A stretch of 50,785 nucleotides of DNA from positions 83,210,110 to 83,260,894 of the forward strand of contig NC_068990.1 of NCBI RefSeq assembly GCF_001194135.2, in the 5' to 3' direction. The notes beneath the pieces were generated by a model. It was not told the DNA's origin. It ran no database searches and was given only the letters and a program-made list of their open reading frames with translations. This document shows, in pieces, positions 1-12,066 of this stretch. The position numbers were made by a program, and so were the translations under genes. The DNA comes from Octopus bimaculoides. Lineage: Eukaryota. Every line of letters begins with the position of its first letter. The stretch's first letter is position 1.

Positions 1-299
1 GTCAATATGTCGTGTTGGAATAGATTACATAACAATAACACAAGATGTTTTTGGAATGTTTATGAATAAAATTAAAATCTACGTGGATATGTTTTTCGTA
101 TTTAATTAATTTTAGGTACGTAAGTTTTTAATTTTTCTTTTATCAGATTAAATTTATTTCGAACACAATGAAAGTCTCGTGGAGATGACGTTATCTATTG
201 TTGAAATCGTAAAAATTTAGTTTAGTGTCTAAGGACTACGGGTGGAAGTTGTAGCGAATGCTAACTTCAATGGGGAATTTCGATTTTTTTTTTTTTTTT

Positions 300-1240
300 T
301 TACATAGTTGATGCTTTAAAATGGGCTGGCTATAGGAGTTTGTGTATTAATAATCGAAAGAATAAAATCATAGAATTAAACGGGAGCTAGATGGAAGTTA
401 GACACAGCATTGTATTTTGATTGTGTATTAAATCTCTAAAGGGTGGTTGGAAATAAGTAGTTGAATCAATAAAAGAGTTGAAATAAAACATCTGGAATAA
501 AACAAATAAGACTATAAAGAGTGTAAGCTTGTATAAAAGTTTATTAGAAAAGTACAGTCTAATCCTTATATGAGAAAAGGAAGATAGATTGAAGTAAAGT
601 ATGGAGCGGAACTGAAAACAAACATGAAATATTAGTTTAAGCTAATATGAGATTTATGAGCAGTTATGGAAACTAACAAAAGGAATGAACCCACCTACTC
701 TTGCTAAAGGTCATTAATAAGAATTTTGAAATAGCATTAGACATAAATTGTAAGATACGAGACATGGATAAAAGGTTAGAAGTTCTGTGCACAGAACAGG
801 CCAGGTTAAAGAATGCATATCAGTTAGTGTGTAGGTGTATATACTAAACAGACAAAAGTCAAACGACCATTAAGAAGTAGTTAAAAAAGATTACATTAAT
901 AGGATTACTAGATAATATAATAAATATTTTGATAAAGATATATATAAGTGTAATAATTAAAATGACTAAGCTTAGGTATTAAACCAACGTATAGTTGAAA
1001 TAATTACAGGTTGTAGAACAGATACCATGAAAAAAAAAATAACCCATTGCAAGGAAATTGATATGATTAATATTTAGGGGTGGAATTAGTGCAATAAGTA
1101 AGTTAAATAGTATTTAATCTGAGAGGTAGGTATGAATAATCGATTGTATTCTCATAATTAAGAACTATTTGTGAAAGTTACAATTTGAGTAAATTAGATT
1201 AAAAGAATAAAAAGTGCAACAAAGTAACCAAATAAAACAT
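300..1240 (+). mobile_element. Possible highly decayed L1-clade LINE ORF2 3' region
   Basis: A-rich coding-like strand. Broken frames give KSVSLYKSLLEKY, then LIRIL...KFCAQNRPG*RMHIS*C, loosely fitting the L1 C-terminal 'HRIL.TN...C.FC...E...H.F..C' motif. Many stops and frameshifts. Confidence 0.3.
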
Positions 1241-1383
1241 TAAACTATGTACATATACAGCTAAGAAACATCTTGACAATTTAGTCAAAAGCTTTCCTGT
1301 TAGACTATCCACCCTCTCTGCTAATATGCAAATCTATACGGAGCCATCATTTTTTTTATATTCTTTTATTTGTTTCAGTCATA

Positions 1384-1495
1384 AATTAAGTACCAGTTAT
1401 GCACTGGGTCGATGTAATCGACTTAATTCCTTTATCTGTACTTGTTTGTCCCCTCTATGTTTAGCCCCATGTTTGGCAATAAAGAAATAAGAATC
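1384..1495 (+). mobile_element. SINE family B, 3' half
   Basis: AAGTACCAGTTATGCACTGGGTCGATGTAATCGACTTAAT...GGCAATAAAGAAATAAGAA matches the 3' half of the copy at 18995-19227. Confidence 0.8.
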
Positions 1496-1939
1496 TAATT
1501 TCGACCGATATAGTTTTCTACTGTCACCTGATGTATATGGAAAAAGATGGAAAGCTGAGGCGAGTTTGTTGCGAATGAATGAACACACATAGTGTATCTG
1601 TAAGGTTATACTAAAGGTTAGTGGTAGCACGAGGCTTGCGGGGGTTGAGGCAAAACCCGTCCCCCAATTCATTGTATGTGTATTTGTCTTGTTTATCATT
1701 TGTCTATCATTTGCTCTTTCTAAATGTTTAACCTTTCATCTCTGTGTAAAAACCATGTGAACTATCGACCCCTCCCTCATTTGTATCGTCACCTCTCTGT
1801 TTGCCTCCCCCCCCACACACATTATGGACAATAAAGAATTTTATATACTTTTCTACTGTTATATGCACGCCAATTATTCTTCTCGTTGTGACATCAGAGT
1901 GACCTCTATTTCATTTAAATTGTGCCTTAATAATCGTAT

Positions 1940-1979
1940 TATTATTATTATTGTTATTATTATTATTATTATTATTATG

Positions 1980-2046
<67 letters not shown>

Positions 2047-2078
2047 TTATTATTATTATTATTATCATCATCATTATT
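1940..2078. repeat. Compound (ATT)n/(ACT)n/(ATC)n microsatellite
   Basis: Directly visible trinucleotide runs. Confidence 0.97.
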
Positions 2079-2290
2079 AAGGCAGCGAGCTGGCAGACAC
2101 GTTACCGCGCCAAGCAAAATGCTTAGCAGCCTTTCGTCCGTTCTGGGTTCAAATTCCGCCGTGTTCAACTTTCATCCTTTCATCCTTTAGGAGTCAATAA
2201 AATAAGTAGCAGTTGAGAACTCAGGTCGATGGAATCGATTTACCCCCTCCCCCAATCTTGCTGGCCTTGTGCCAAAAGTTTTAAGCCAAT
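2079..2290 (+). mobile_element. SINE family B (variant tail)
   Basis: Head AAGGCAGCGAGCTGGCAGACACGTTA, B-box-like GGGTTCAAATTCC and the CTTTCATCCTTT core are shared with the copies at 18995, 32987 and 49217. Confidence 0.8.
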
Positions 2291-2506
2291 AATCATACCG
2301 ACTGTTATAAAACACTTAGAGACGTAATAACATGTTGTTGTCACTTTTTTATGTGGGAATTGAAAAACAATAATTCACCATACAGCAAGGCCATATAACA
2401 GAATGAAAGATATTGACATTTTCTTTTGTCTGAGGACTTATTTGCCATAATATCTGAAATCATCTGTAATTGACAAAATGGATAAAATGCGATGCGAAAA
2501 AAATTA

Positions 2507-2665
2507 AGGCGTGGCTGTGTGGTATGAAGCTTGTTTCCTAACCACATGTTTCTGGGTTCAGTCTCACTGCGTGGCACCTTGGTGAAGTGTCTTTTACTGT
2601 AGCCTCGGACCGACTAAAGCCTTGTGAATGGATTTGGTGGACAGAAACAAGAAGAAGCCCGTCAT
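2507..2665 (+). mobile_element. tRNA-derived SINE family A (CORE-SINE-like), head half
   Basis: A-box TGGCTGTGTGG, B-box GGTTCAGTC and GCACCTTGG..AAGTGTC core (resembles the CORE 'CCTTGGGCAAG' motif). Ends at a (TA)n tract and aligns to the copy at 30049. Confidence 0.85.
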
Positions 2666-3199
2666 ATATATATATTCAATGTATATATTCAATATATGTA
2701 AACGAGTTTATTTATATTATTTGCAACTGAAGCCTCTTGAATCTTTCCGTCGAGTAACACCAAGCATTTATTCAAATGATTGTCAAATGAAAGCAGTGCG
2801 TGACAATATACAAGCAAAAATGTACATAAATCATTGAAATAGGTTTAGTTATCGAGATTTGATGAGTTGATAAAAATATTAGCAAATGGACACATTCTTC
2901 TATCCAATTATCTATACTACAACTCATGATATATTCATCAAAATATCACATCAAAAACGTGATATTTTCATGTCTTCAGCAACGAAAGCAAGAAATGTGG
3001 CAATTGTTAAAGTTTTTGTGCTGAGAAATGTTTATTTATTTTAAATTTATTTATTTATTTATTCTTTTTTGAATATTTGACCAGCATTCAGCTCATAACG
3101 AATATTTCATTTGGGAAATAATGTATTTCCGCTAGCTAACAGTTTAAAATTTTCCCTTAATTATGGATGGAAATTTTTTATTTTGCATACAACTGCATT

Positions 3200-4560
3200 C
3201 TGTAATAAGATGTTAAACTTCTCCAACAGACAGAGCTCAAAACTTCTGGGCTTGTTAATCTAACTTAAGAGCGTGTTCTGTAATAGAACAGCCAATTATA
3301 TATTTGTTAATATAATCACCATTTAATTTCCACGCATGTTTTGGATAGTTTCTGAATGTTTATGTATGTCGTAGGAATCCTTTTTACGGGAATTTTCAGT
3401 AAACCTTATATATATTTCTATTTCATTGGTATTTGTAAGAGATACCGTAGTTCGATAAAGTAGCATTAAACCGTTGACGGAAAAGATATCATAGCAATTG
3501 CAACTACAACGTGGAACAGAGTTTTATGTGTCTCTGTTGAAATAAGTTCACATATTTACACTGGCTTTCGAAACAATGACGGTTTTAGGGGGTTTATTTT
3601 CTTGTGCAACTCTATCACTCCTTTTCAGTGTTTCTATTAAAGAGTTTCTGATGTTTTAATCAACGAGGAATACTTATTTACAGAATTTAGGAAAATCGTG
3701 ACAGAAACGGAACAAACTATTAAACTAATATTCATGATATTTTTGCATTCTTTAGTATTAGAGCTTCTGTGTATCTGACGCTACGATCTCTTAGTACATC
3801 ATTGCAATAATGAACAGCATGGCGAAACCATTGATGACAGAGAAAAGGTTACAAATGTTTATCCTAATATTATCAACTCAGTTTTCATGCGTCACTCGGA
3901 GTTGGTTGTAATTCCTATCAATAAACTGCAATTTTTCGTTAGTTAACTATAAGGTCGGTATTTAGTATTATTTCAATGTTAACGGTAACTACAGAGAAGT
4001 CTAAGCTGGTAAAGTTATGATAATGTAGAAACGCATTTGGAGCTGTCTCCCGTTTTTTTTTTAACGTAAAAATAAAACAATATTAGTCATGGAAGTTGTT
4101 TTTATCAAAGAGCAAAACTATTTCATGTTAAATATTTTAAGTTGTCTCCATTAAACGTGTTAATATATGCTATATACCTGCCTAAACCATAGAAAGAAAT
4201 TCTTGTGAAGTATCCAATGGCGTCTACAATGAATGTGTTAAATATTATATGAAATATGTTTGAACATCAAAAATATCTAGCTTTCGGCCGTAGGCCATAA
4301 TTTCTTTGGGAAGAGACTACGCCAAATAGATTAAAACGAAAGCTGAACTCAGTGAGATTTAAATACATGACGTATAGGCCAGTAAATGCTTACTGCACTG
4401 CATTTTGTTCGATGTTCTGATAATTTTTAATTCACCTGCTTCATAAGAACATAAGTTGCCTTGTATTTCAGCGACTATTTATTCGTGCATTCAATTATTA
4501 CCTCCCTTACACAAAAATTAAGTGTTATTTCCCTTGGAATTAATACCGCTAATTATGATG
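3200..4560 (-). mobile_element. Decayed Penelope-like element, Naiad-type (RT C-terminal half, linker and GIY-YIG)
   Basis: Motifs appear in colinear order on the minus strand: FDV (~4270), YRPY..NEKLQFID (~3960-3915), FLNSVNKY (~3690), KLFNRNT..SC (~3640), CSCNCYDIFSVNGLMLLYRTTV...YIRFTENS (3508-3390), KHAWKL (~3330), ELCLLEKFNIL (~3220). These match YRPYRKPN / FL.LIDKHF / KIFNRNTVK.SYSC / CNC...CP.NG.C...VY / SKHIWKLK / CxLCL.EK. Confidence 0.65.
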
Positions 4561-4679
4561 TCCTTTCGATTTGTATGTTCAGCATGTGTGCACCTGTGAG
4601 TGTGTGTCTTTATGCTTGGATTTGACACACGCACATGCTCGCATACGCGCGAACGCGCATTCTCCTGTGATATGTGTAT

Positions 4680-5093
4680 ATGTACATAAATATATATTAC
4701 AAACACACAGACACACACCAATACTTGAACTTTAAATCGTGCCATCCACCCCATACAAAACGCAACATACCATACTGCCTAGCCAGGAGAATATGTACTA
4801 TTGTAGAGGATATAGAGACCAGAAATCAACGCCTGATGGAACTGAAAGAATTTCTGGTGAAGCAAAAATACCCATCACGACTCATAGAAAATGGTATTCA
4901 GCGGGCTTCGAAAATACCCATACAACAACTGAGGACACCGCAAAGAAAAGACAAACAGGAAAAGATCATTCCATTTATAGTGACACAAAATCCATGCCAC
5001 CAGAACATCTTTAATATCGCCAAAGCGAACTTACCGATCCTTGCACAAAGTAAGGAATTGAGAAATATCATTACAGATCAAAATATAACTCTC
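4680..5093 (+). mobile_element. Penelope-like element reverse transcriptase thumb/C-terminal region (fragment running into an N-gap)
   Basis: Stop-free YYKHTDTHQYLNFKSCHPPHTKRNIPYCLARRICTIV...LMELKEFLVKQKYP..LIENGI..A...IPFIVTQNP fits the PLE 'Y.KPTD..QYL...S.HP.H.K..IPY....R' signature. Confidence 0.88.
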
Positions 5094-6283
5094 NNNNNNN
5101 NNNNNNNNNNNNNNNNNNNNNNNNNNNNNNNNNNNNNNNNNNNNNNNNNNNNNNNNNNNNNNNNNNNNNNNNNNNNNNNNNNNNNNNNNNNNNNNNNNNN
5201 NNNNNNNNNNNNNNNNNNNNNNNNNNNNNNNNNNNNNNNNNNNNNNNNNNNNNNNNNNNNNNNNNNNNNNNNNNNNNNNNNNNNNNNNNNNNNNNNNNNN
5301 NNNNNNNNNNNNNNNNNNNNNNNNNNNNNNNNNNNNNNNNNNNNNNNNNNNNNNNNNNNNNNNNNNNNNNNNNNNNNNNNNNNNNNNNNNNNNNNNNNNN
5401 NNNNNNNNNNNNNNNNNNNNNNNNNNNNNNNNNNNNNNNNNNNNNNNNNNNNNNNNNNNNNNNNNNNNNNNNNNNNNNNNNNNNNNNNNNNNNNNNNNNN
5501 NNNNNNNNNNNNNNNNNNNNNNNNNNNNNNNNNNNNNNNNNNNNNNNNNNNNNNNNNNNNNNNNNNNNNNNNNNNNNNNNNNNNNNNNNNNNNNNNNNNN
5601 NNNNNNNNNNNNNNNNNNNNNNNNNNNNNNNNNNNNNNNNNNNNNNNNNNNNNNNNNNNNNNNNNNNNNNNNNNNNNNNNNNNNNNNNNNNNNNNNNNNN
5701 NNNNNNNNNNNNNNNNNNNNNNNNNNNNNNNNNNNNNNNNNNNNNNNNNNNNNNNNNNNNNNNNNNNNNNNNNNNNNNNNNNNNNNNNNNNNNNNNNNNN
5801 NNNNNNNNNNNNNNNNNNNNNNNNNNNNNNNNNNNNNNNNNNNNNNNNNNNNNNNNNNNNNNNNNNNNNNNNNNNNNNNNNNNNNNNNNNNNNNNNNNNN
5901 NNNNNNNNNNNNNNNNNNNNNNNNNNNNNNNNNNNNNNNNNNNNNNNNNNNNNNNNNNNNNNNTTTATATTTATATATTTATATATTTGATCCTTTATAT
6001 TGAACACTCAATATTTCATCTACATTCAATACTTTCTTTCATGGTGCCATCCATTTTTATTTTATTTTATTTTATATTGTATATTGTATATCATATTATA
6101 TATTGTATATTCCATATTCTATACCCCACATTAGTTCTGCAGGAATATAAATAAAACATAAAAAACAGACAGTGTTGGAACTCTTTTAAGCAAAATAATA
6201 TATTCCTCTATACACAATCATACAAAAAAACCCCACCTTTTTTGTATTTATTTTTACTCGCATATATATATATATATATATAT

Positions 6284-6319
<36 letters not shown>

Positions 6320-6880
6320 CCACGGCTATGTACATTATCTTTGGGCGTACTTTTAGGAGACTGACTCTCCAGAAATGCTACAATCAGCAATCTATTTGTG
6401 AGCTTCTCCTATTTCTTCGACAAATAGCATGATGTTAGCAATAACGATTAGCAAATTAATTTCTAAATGTCTTTTCATATTGTACGCTTTTAATCGCTTG
6501 AGGTAAAAATAAGTCAGCATCTGTTCTAGCGAGGTTTGAACTTGGAATATAGAAAACTTTATTGATTATTTAAAAGAAAGACAAACTCAATGACGGTATT
6601 CCGAAGGCATGTGAATATATTTTGTATCTTAGGTAACTGTCTTACCAGCAGTACTTTTGGAATAAAATGAATGATATTGCAAGAGTTAATTCCCATGAAA
6701 ATGGTTTCTGTTCATTCTTTCTTCTAGAATTCAGGAAGGGAGACAATAATAGCTGAAGGAATACTCAGACATATTTTAGTACTATCGTAATTCATTACAA
6801 TATATGGGGTTCAATTCGTGCTTCAGATTGGCATAAACAAGTTTAACTAAAATTATGAATTCGTAGATATTTTAAATACA

Positions 6881-7075
6881 TTCTTTTTTATTGCTTTTAC
6901 TTGTTTCAGTCAACAATTGATTGTGGCCATGTATGAGCACCGCCTTTTCGTTGAAAAAATCGACCCTTGCAATTTATTCTTTGTAATCCTGGTGCTTATT
7001 CTATCGGCCTCTTCTGCCGAACTGCTAAATATCGGTTGTGAAATGATTGGTGGGGGAGGGGACGAACACACACAT
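6881..7075 (-). mobile_element. SINE family A, tail half
   Basis: Reverse complement of the ...CCGATAGAATAAGCACC...AAAGAATAA...GGCGGTGCTC..CATGGCCAC...GACTGAAACAAGTAAAAG tail seen in part at 30250-30395. Confidence 0.75.
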
Positions 7076-7077
7076 AA

Positions 7078-7080
7078 ACG

Positions 7081-7178
<98 letters not shown>
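7078..7178. repeat. (CA)n(TA)n(GATA)n compound microsatellite
   Basis: Directly visible. Confidence 0.97.
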
Positions 7179-7179
<1 letters not shown>

Positions 7180-7771
7180 CTTTCTTTTATTAGCCACACA
7201 GGGCTGCACACAGAGGGGACAAATACAACTGTAGAGCTTTTCTTAAAAAAAAAAAAATCCGATCAAAAGGGATCGGTAGGGGCAAACAAAAAGGGGGGGT
7301 ATCGTATATCACAGAAAATGTCAGTTGTGTAAAATGGGGTAACATTAGGTTTATCCATGGAGAGAAAAGCCTACGGAAAAGACCATGGTAACCTCAGCAG
7401 GGAATAGACACATGAGAGCGAAGTGCTCTCTCTCTCTTTTTAAAAAAATTTTTTTTTTTTTTTCTCGATTTATAGGATCATGCTCAAAGAGGTATCGTNN
7501 NNNNNNNNTTTTCGTCTCTAATCCTTTCGCTCGGGTCCACCACACACATTCTTTCACCATGGCCACCAGTGTGATGAACACTGCCTTGCCTTCCCTGTTG
7601 AGGGACGGTGGTGGAGCAATTTGCACAATAGACTCGGCTGACAGGCGGACTCGTCCCACACGTGACAGCAGCCGTTCGGCATAAGCCCATAGGTCGGAAA
7701 TCTTTGGACACTGCACGAATGCGTGCAGAACGGTTTCGTCGCTCTGACCGCATCTCGGGCATGTCGGTCCG
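7179..7771 (-). mobile_element. 5'-truncated L1/Tx1-clade LINE: ORF2 C-terminal zinc-binding region plus 3' UTR
   Basis: GPTCPRCGQSDETVLHAFVQCPKISDLWAYAERLLSRVG...KECVWWTR fits the CxxC...ET..H.F..C....W motif of L1/Tx1 ORF2. The 3' UTR ends AATAAAAGAAAGT directly into (TATC)n. A 10-N gap lies inside. Confidence 0.85.
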
Positions 7772-7772
7772 T

Positions 7773-7930
7773 AGATAGATAGATAGATAGATATACATAA
7801 TACATACATACATACATACATACATACATACATACATACATACATACGTACATACATATATACATACATACATACATACATACATACATACATACATACA
7901 TACATACATACATACGTACATATATACATA
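7773..7930. repeat. (GATA)n then (CATA)n microsatellite
   Basis: Directly visible. Confidence 0.97.
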
Positions 7931-8549
7931 CATGCATAGGCACACACACACTAACCCACACACATGCGCACAAACAAGCAAAAAGGAGTCAAGACTATTG
8001 AAAAGGTAGCAAGACGTAACGAAAATTTTAGGAAAATAGAAATAAGGCACAAAAAGAAAATGGCTCTCCCCAGACACAACAGAATATGCTTCAACACACG
8101 AACTCACATAAAGAATCTTTCAAACCAAATCCAAAAACGAAATAAATATATATATGTATATGAGTTTGTGTAAATGTGTTTGTGTTTGTGTTTGTCCGTC
8201 TCCGACCATTTGATAACCGAGAGAAGTACCAGATTTTTTAAAAAATAAAGAACTGGTGTGTACTAGTTTGCTTTAAAAGCTTCAGTCGGTCTTCACCGTT
8301 TTGTGCGCTATTTCAAGATGGTTTCACAGCACAGAGGTTGTTTCCCTTGCATGAATCAATCTCTTCCCATCAAAGTTCTTTCAACAAGGGAAGCAACCAT
8401 TGCCGACTTCTCCTCATTCTCATACTTGTTACACGTGATAGACGTTGCTCAAAGCTTCACGCTGATCTTTGAACAAGGGAGGCAACCACTGTTGACTTGT
8501 CTTCACTCCCGCTTAAGAAAACAGCAGCAGCAGCGGCAGTTGTAGTGGC

Positions 8550-8582
<33 letters not shown>

Positions 8583-8921
8583 CGATAGTTAGAGGCAATG
8601 TATTGATCTATAATTATGTGTAACAAAATTGTTTTCCGTCAAATACAACATGGCATATTGTTATCCCATTACCATTTCTTTCTTCATACCATCTCTCTCG
8701 TGGTCTCTGTGCACTAACATACACACACGCGCACACACACATACGCGCACACATACACACATACACACACACACATATGCGCACACATACGCACACGCAT
8801 ATATATATACATATCTAAATACACACATATATATACGTGTATGCATATACGTGTGTTTATGTGAGACAGAGAGAGTTGAAGAGGGAATGACAGAAAGAGA
8901 GAGAAAGAGAGAGAAAATACA

Positions 8922-9175
8922 CGTGGCCTAGTGGTTAGGTTGTTGCATACGCGATCGCTATATCGTGGGTTCGATTCCCTGATTGGGTGACGCGTCATGT
9001 TCTTGAACAAAGGATTCCATTTCACGTTGCTTAACTTTCCCTTTCGATTAGGAGGGAATGTTGGACTGTTGGCCCAGCCAGCGGGGTGACGTCATTCGAA
9101 GCGTATACCGTTGCAAAGCGCATTGTGGTCAGCGATGTGTAACAACATCTGATAGTCTGATTGGTCATGTATTAT
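8922..9175 (+). mobile_element. tRNA-derived SINE family D, diverged
   Basis: A-box TGGCCTAGTGGTT, B-box GGTTCGATTCC, then TGTTCTTGAACAAA...CATTTCACGTTGC. Related pieces lie at 31610-31710 (-) and 34520-34700 (+). Confidence 0.65.
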
Positions 9176-9348
9176 TCACGCACACACACACAAACACACA
9201 CACACGCGTATACACACGCACTCATATATATATATATACATTCATGCATACATATACCTATTTATATGTATGTGTATATATATTTGTACACACATGCATA
9301 CATATAGATATACATACTTACATACTTACATAGACACACATGTATGCA

Positions 9349-9351
<3 letters not shown>

Positions 9352-9440
<89 letters not shown>
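9352..9440. repeat. Long (TA)n microsatellite
   Basis: Directly visible. Confidence 0.98.
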
Positions 9441-9444
<4 letters not shown>

Positions 9445-10539
9445 AGATTGTGTGTATGTGAGTGCTTGTGCACACGCATGTGCGTCCGTGTGTGTGTTTG
9501 TGTGTGTGTCTGTGTCTGTATGTGTGTGTGTGTGTCTGCGTGTCTCAGCGTGTGTGTGTGTCTGTGTTTTCCTTCAGTCTCTAATTCTTTGATTCTGTTT
9601 ATACCCTGCAGTGGTCCCTTATCCTTGTTGTTGAATGTAATGTGTTTGATGCACAGAAAAGATAAGCACCATTTTGACACCTGTTTCTCTGTGGCTAACC
9701 TGAGAATATTCCCCCAAAATATTTAAAATATTATGAATAGCTCCTCATGTGATTGCAACATTCTCAAAGAGTATGGTGATGCACTTAGCCAACTTTAATA
9801 TCGCGACCTGATTGTAAGATGAAAGAAAAAACTATACGCCAGTCGTATCCAATAGTTTGCCCATTTCTCCGTCAGTCGATAAGGAATGCTAGAGGTACTT
9901 ATACACTGAGTAGGGAAACAGCTGTCAAGATAAGAGTGTAACATAACTCCTCTCGTTTACTTATTTTTCCCCCTATTCTACATCTTATACTCCATGTAAA
10001 TATATACATTAAACTTACTTGTGTTAATCTGCTTTACGCTCACATACACATACTCACTCTGATAACTATATATGTATATATAAAAATATATATAAAGGAA
10101 GCCACTAGGTGGACTCCTAATGTGCTAGAAAAAGATCACATGTCATGTGTCTACTAAGACCGAATAATTCTCAAAGGGAATTTAGCGAAGTAACAATAAC
10201 GGAAACGGGCAAGACGAGTGAAAATTACATAAAAAATACAATTACCGGTAAACATGTCTCGAAATTAATACTTTCTTACCGAAAATATCTGTTTCTCATC
10301 AGTACAGACCGTTGGATAAATACAATTTACAGGATCGCATACTATTTGTACGCCACAAGTGGAGCACGTGTGTACGGTTCTATTAAATTATATTTATAGT
10401 AAGATTCAAAAGTCTTCGTTTTTGCGCGCTAAATCCGGAAATATCTCCGCAGAAAAATGTTACCGCATCGAATATACCAACTTTGAGAATTTGGTTATGG
10501 TTAATTAAATTAAACAATAGGGTAAAAAATTGGATATTA

Positions 10540-11432
10540 ATTACGCCATTAAATATTTATTCAACTAAATATGAACCATTTTGTTGCTCAACCTTTTTCC
10601 ATATTTCTTTCAACTTAAAGATTCCATCTTCCTAGAATTTCAGTGGTTTCTTGGCAAAGAACTCATTAAGGTTTTTTTTTATGTCCTCCAAAGAATTAAA
10701 ATGTTTACCATTGAGATTATTTTCCAAGGATCTGAATAAATTAAAATCCGAATGTCTGGTGAATATGGCGGGTGGGTTAACACATCCCAGTCAAGCTGCA
10801 ACAATTTTTGACAGGTTGCCAAAGAAACGTGAGGTCTAGCATTACCCTGATGGAAAAAAATACCTTTCCTGTTCACCAATTCTGGGAGTTTTTCTTGAAT
10901 TGCTGTCTTAAAATCGTCCAGTTACGAGCAGCACTTCTCAGAATAAATTGACTGGTTACTTGGCAGAAGCTCATAGTACAGGATTCCTTTCCAATCCTAT
11001 CAGATGCAGAGCATAACTTTCTTAGGATGAAGACCTCTTTTTAGGGTGGCTAAAAGTGGATCATGTCGCTTATCCCAAGATTTTTTTGCTGAACATTATT
11101 GTAAACGATCCATTTCTCATCACCCGTCATAATTTGCTTCAAAGAGGGCACATTTTCATTGCGTTTATACAGTAAATTACAGATGGAAAAGCGATCCTAA
11201 AGATTCTTTTCACTCAAATCATGTGGTACTCAAACATCATAAGGATTTGAGTACCCAAGCTCCACTATGTGCTCATGGATAGTGGATTTTGATCAATTTA
11301 GTGGTTTTGCTAATTTCCGCGTTGTGTAATGTGGAGCATTCTCAATCAATGTCTTTATTTGGTCGTCATTTGAAGTGGTGGGTCTGCCAGAGTGTTCTTC
11401 ATCAATAAGTTTACAATCACCAACTCTAAACT
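10540..11432 (-). mobile_element. Mariner transposase relic (Tc1/mariner), 5' end lost
   Basis: FRVGDCKLIDEEHSGRPTTSNDDQIKTLIENAPHYTTRKLA (post-HTH 'D..RSGRP' linker) and NRKGIFFHQGNARPHVSLATCQKLLQLDWDVLTHPPYSPD (DD34D region, HPPYSPDL motif). Frameshifted. Confidence 0.9.
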
Positions 11433-11790
11433 TATTCTGGCCGTGCCAAGGAGGCAAACCTTTTTGTAACAGTTCTACTGGGCACTCCATTCCAATTTCC
11501 TTGATATCCCTCTTGAAGCCTTCTGATACTGTTCCCGAGGACCTAACAATATTTGGCACTATCTTCACCTTCTTCATTTTCCAAAGCCGGGCTATTTCGT
11601 ACTTAAGAGGATTGTATGTATATAATTTTTCGCCTTCCTTCTTGACTATTCGTGGGTCAAAGAGGCATGCAACATCAAGTATATAGCATATGTGGTGCAC
11701 CTTGTCCACCACCACTAAATCTGGTCTGTTATGCTCTAACACCTGATCTGTTTGGATTGGGAAATCCCAGAGGATTTCACTAGTCTGTGG
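11433..11790 (-). mobile_element. R4/Dong-type non-LTR retrotransposon, restriction-like endonuclease (PD-D/ExK) fragment
   Basis: ILWDFPIQTDQVLEHNRPDLVVVDK..CYILDVAC.FD.RIVKKEGEK..Y..LKYEIARLWKMKKVKIVP...GTVS...ELLQK, then -1 frame CLLGTARI, the typical R4-clade C-terminus. Confidence 0.88.
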
Positions 11791-11865
11791 TTTATCATTA
11801 TCTTCATTTTTTAAATGTTATTTCCATTTCAGTGTCTTCCCAACACGTAGAGCAATTATTGAATT

Positions 11866-11866
11866 A

Positions 11867-11917
<51 letters not shown>

Positions 11918-11920
11918 TTT

Positions 11921-11966
<46 letters not shown>

Positions 11967-11999
11967 ACCTCATCCTCATCACCATCATCATCATCAACA

Positions 12000-12066
<67 letters not shown>

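Noticed and set aside
1-1300. Possible mitochondrial insertion (NUMT), suggested by the AT richness and strand skew
   Set aside because: I could not recover any mitochondrial gene motif by manual translation. A decayed L1 is a slightly better, still weak, fit.
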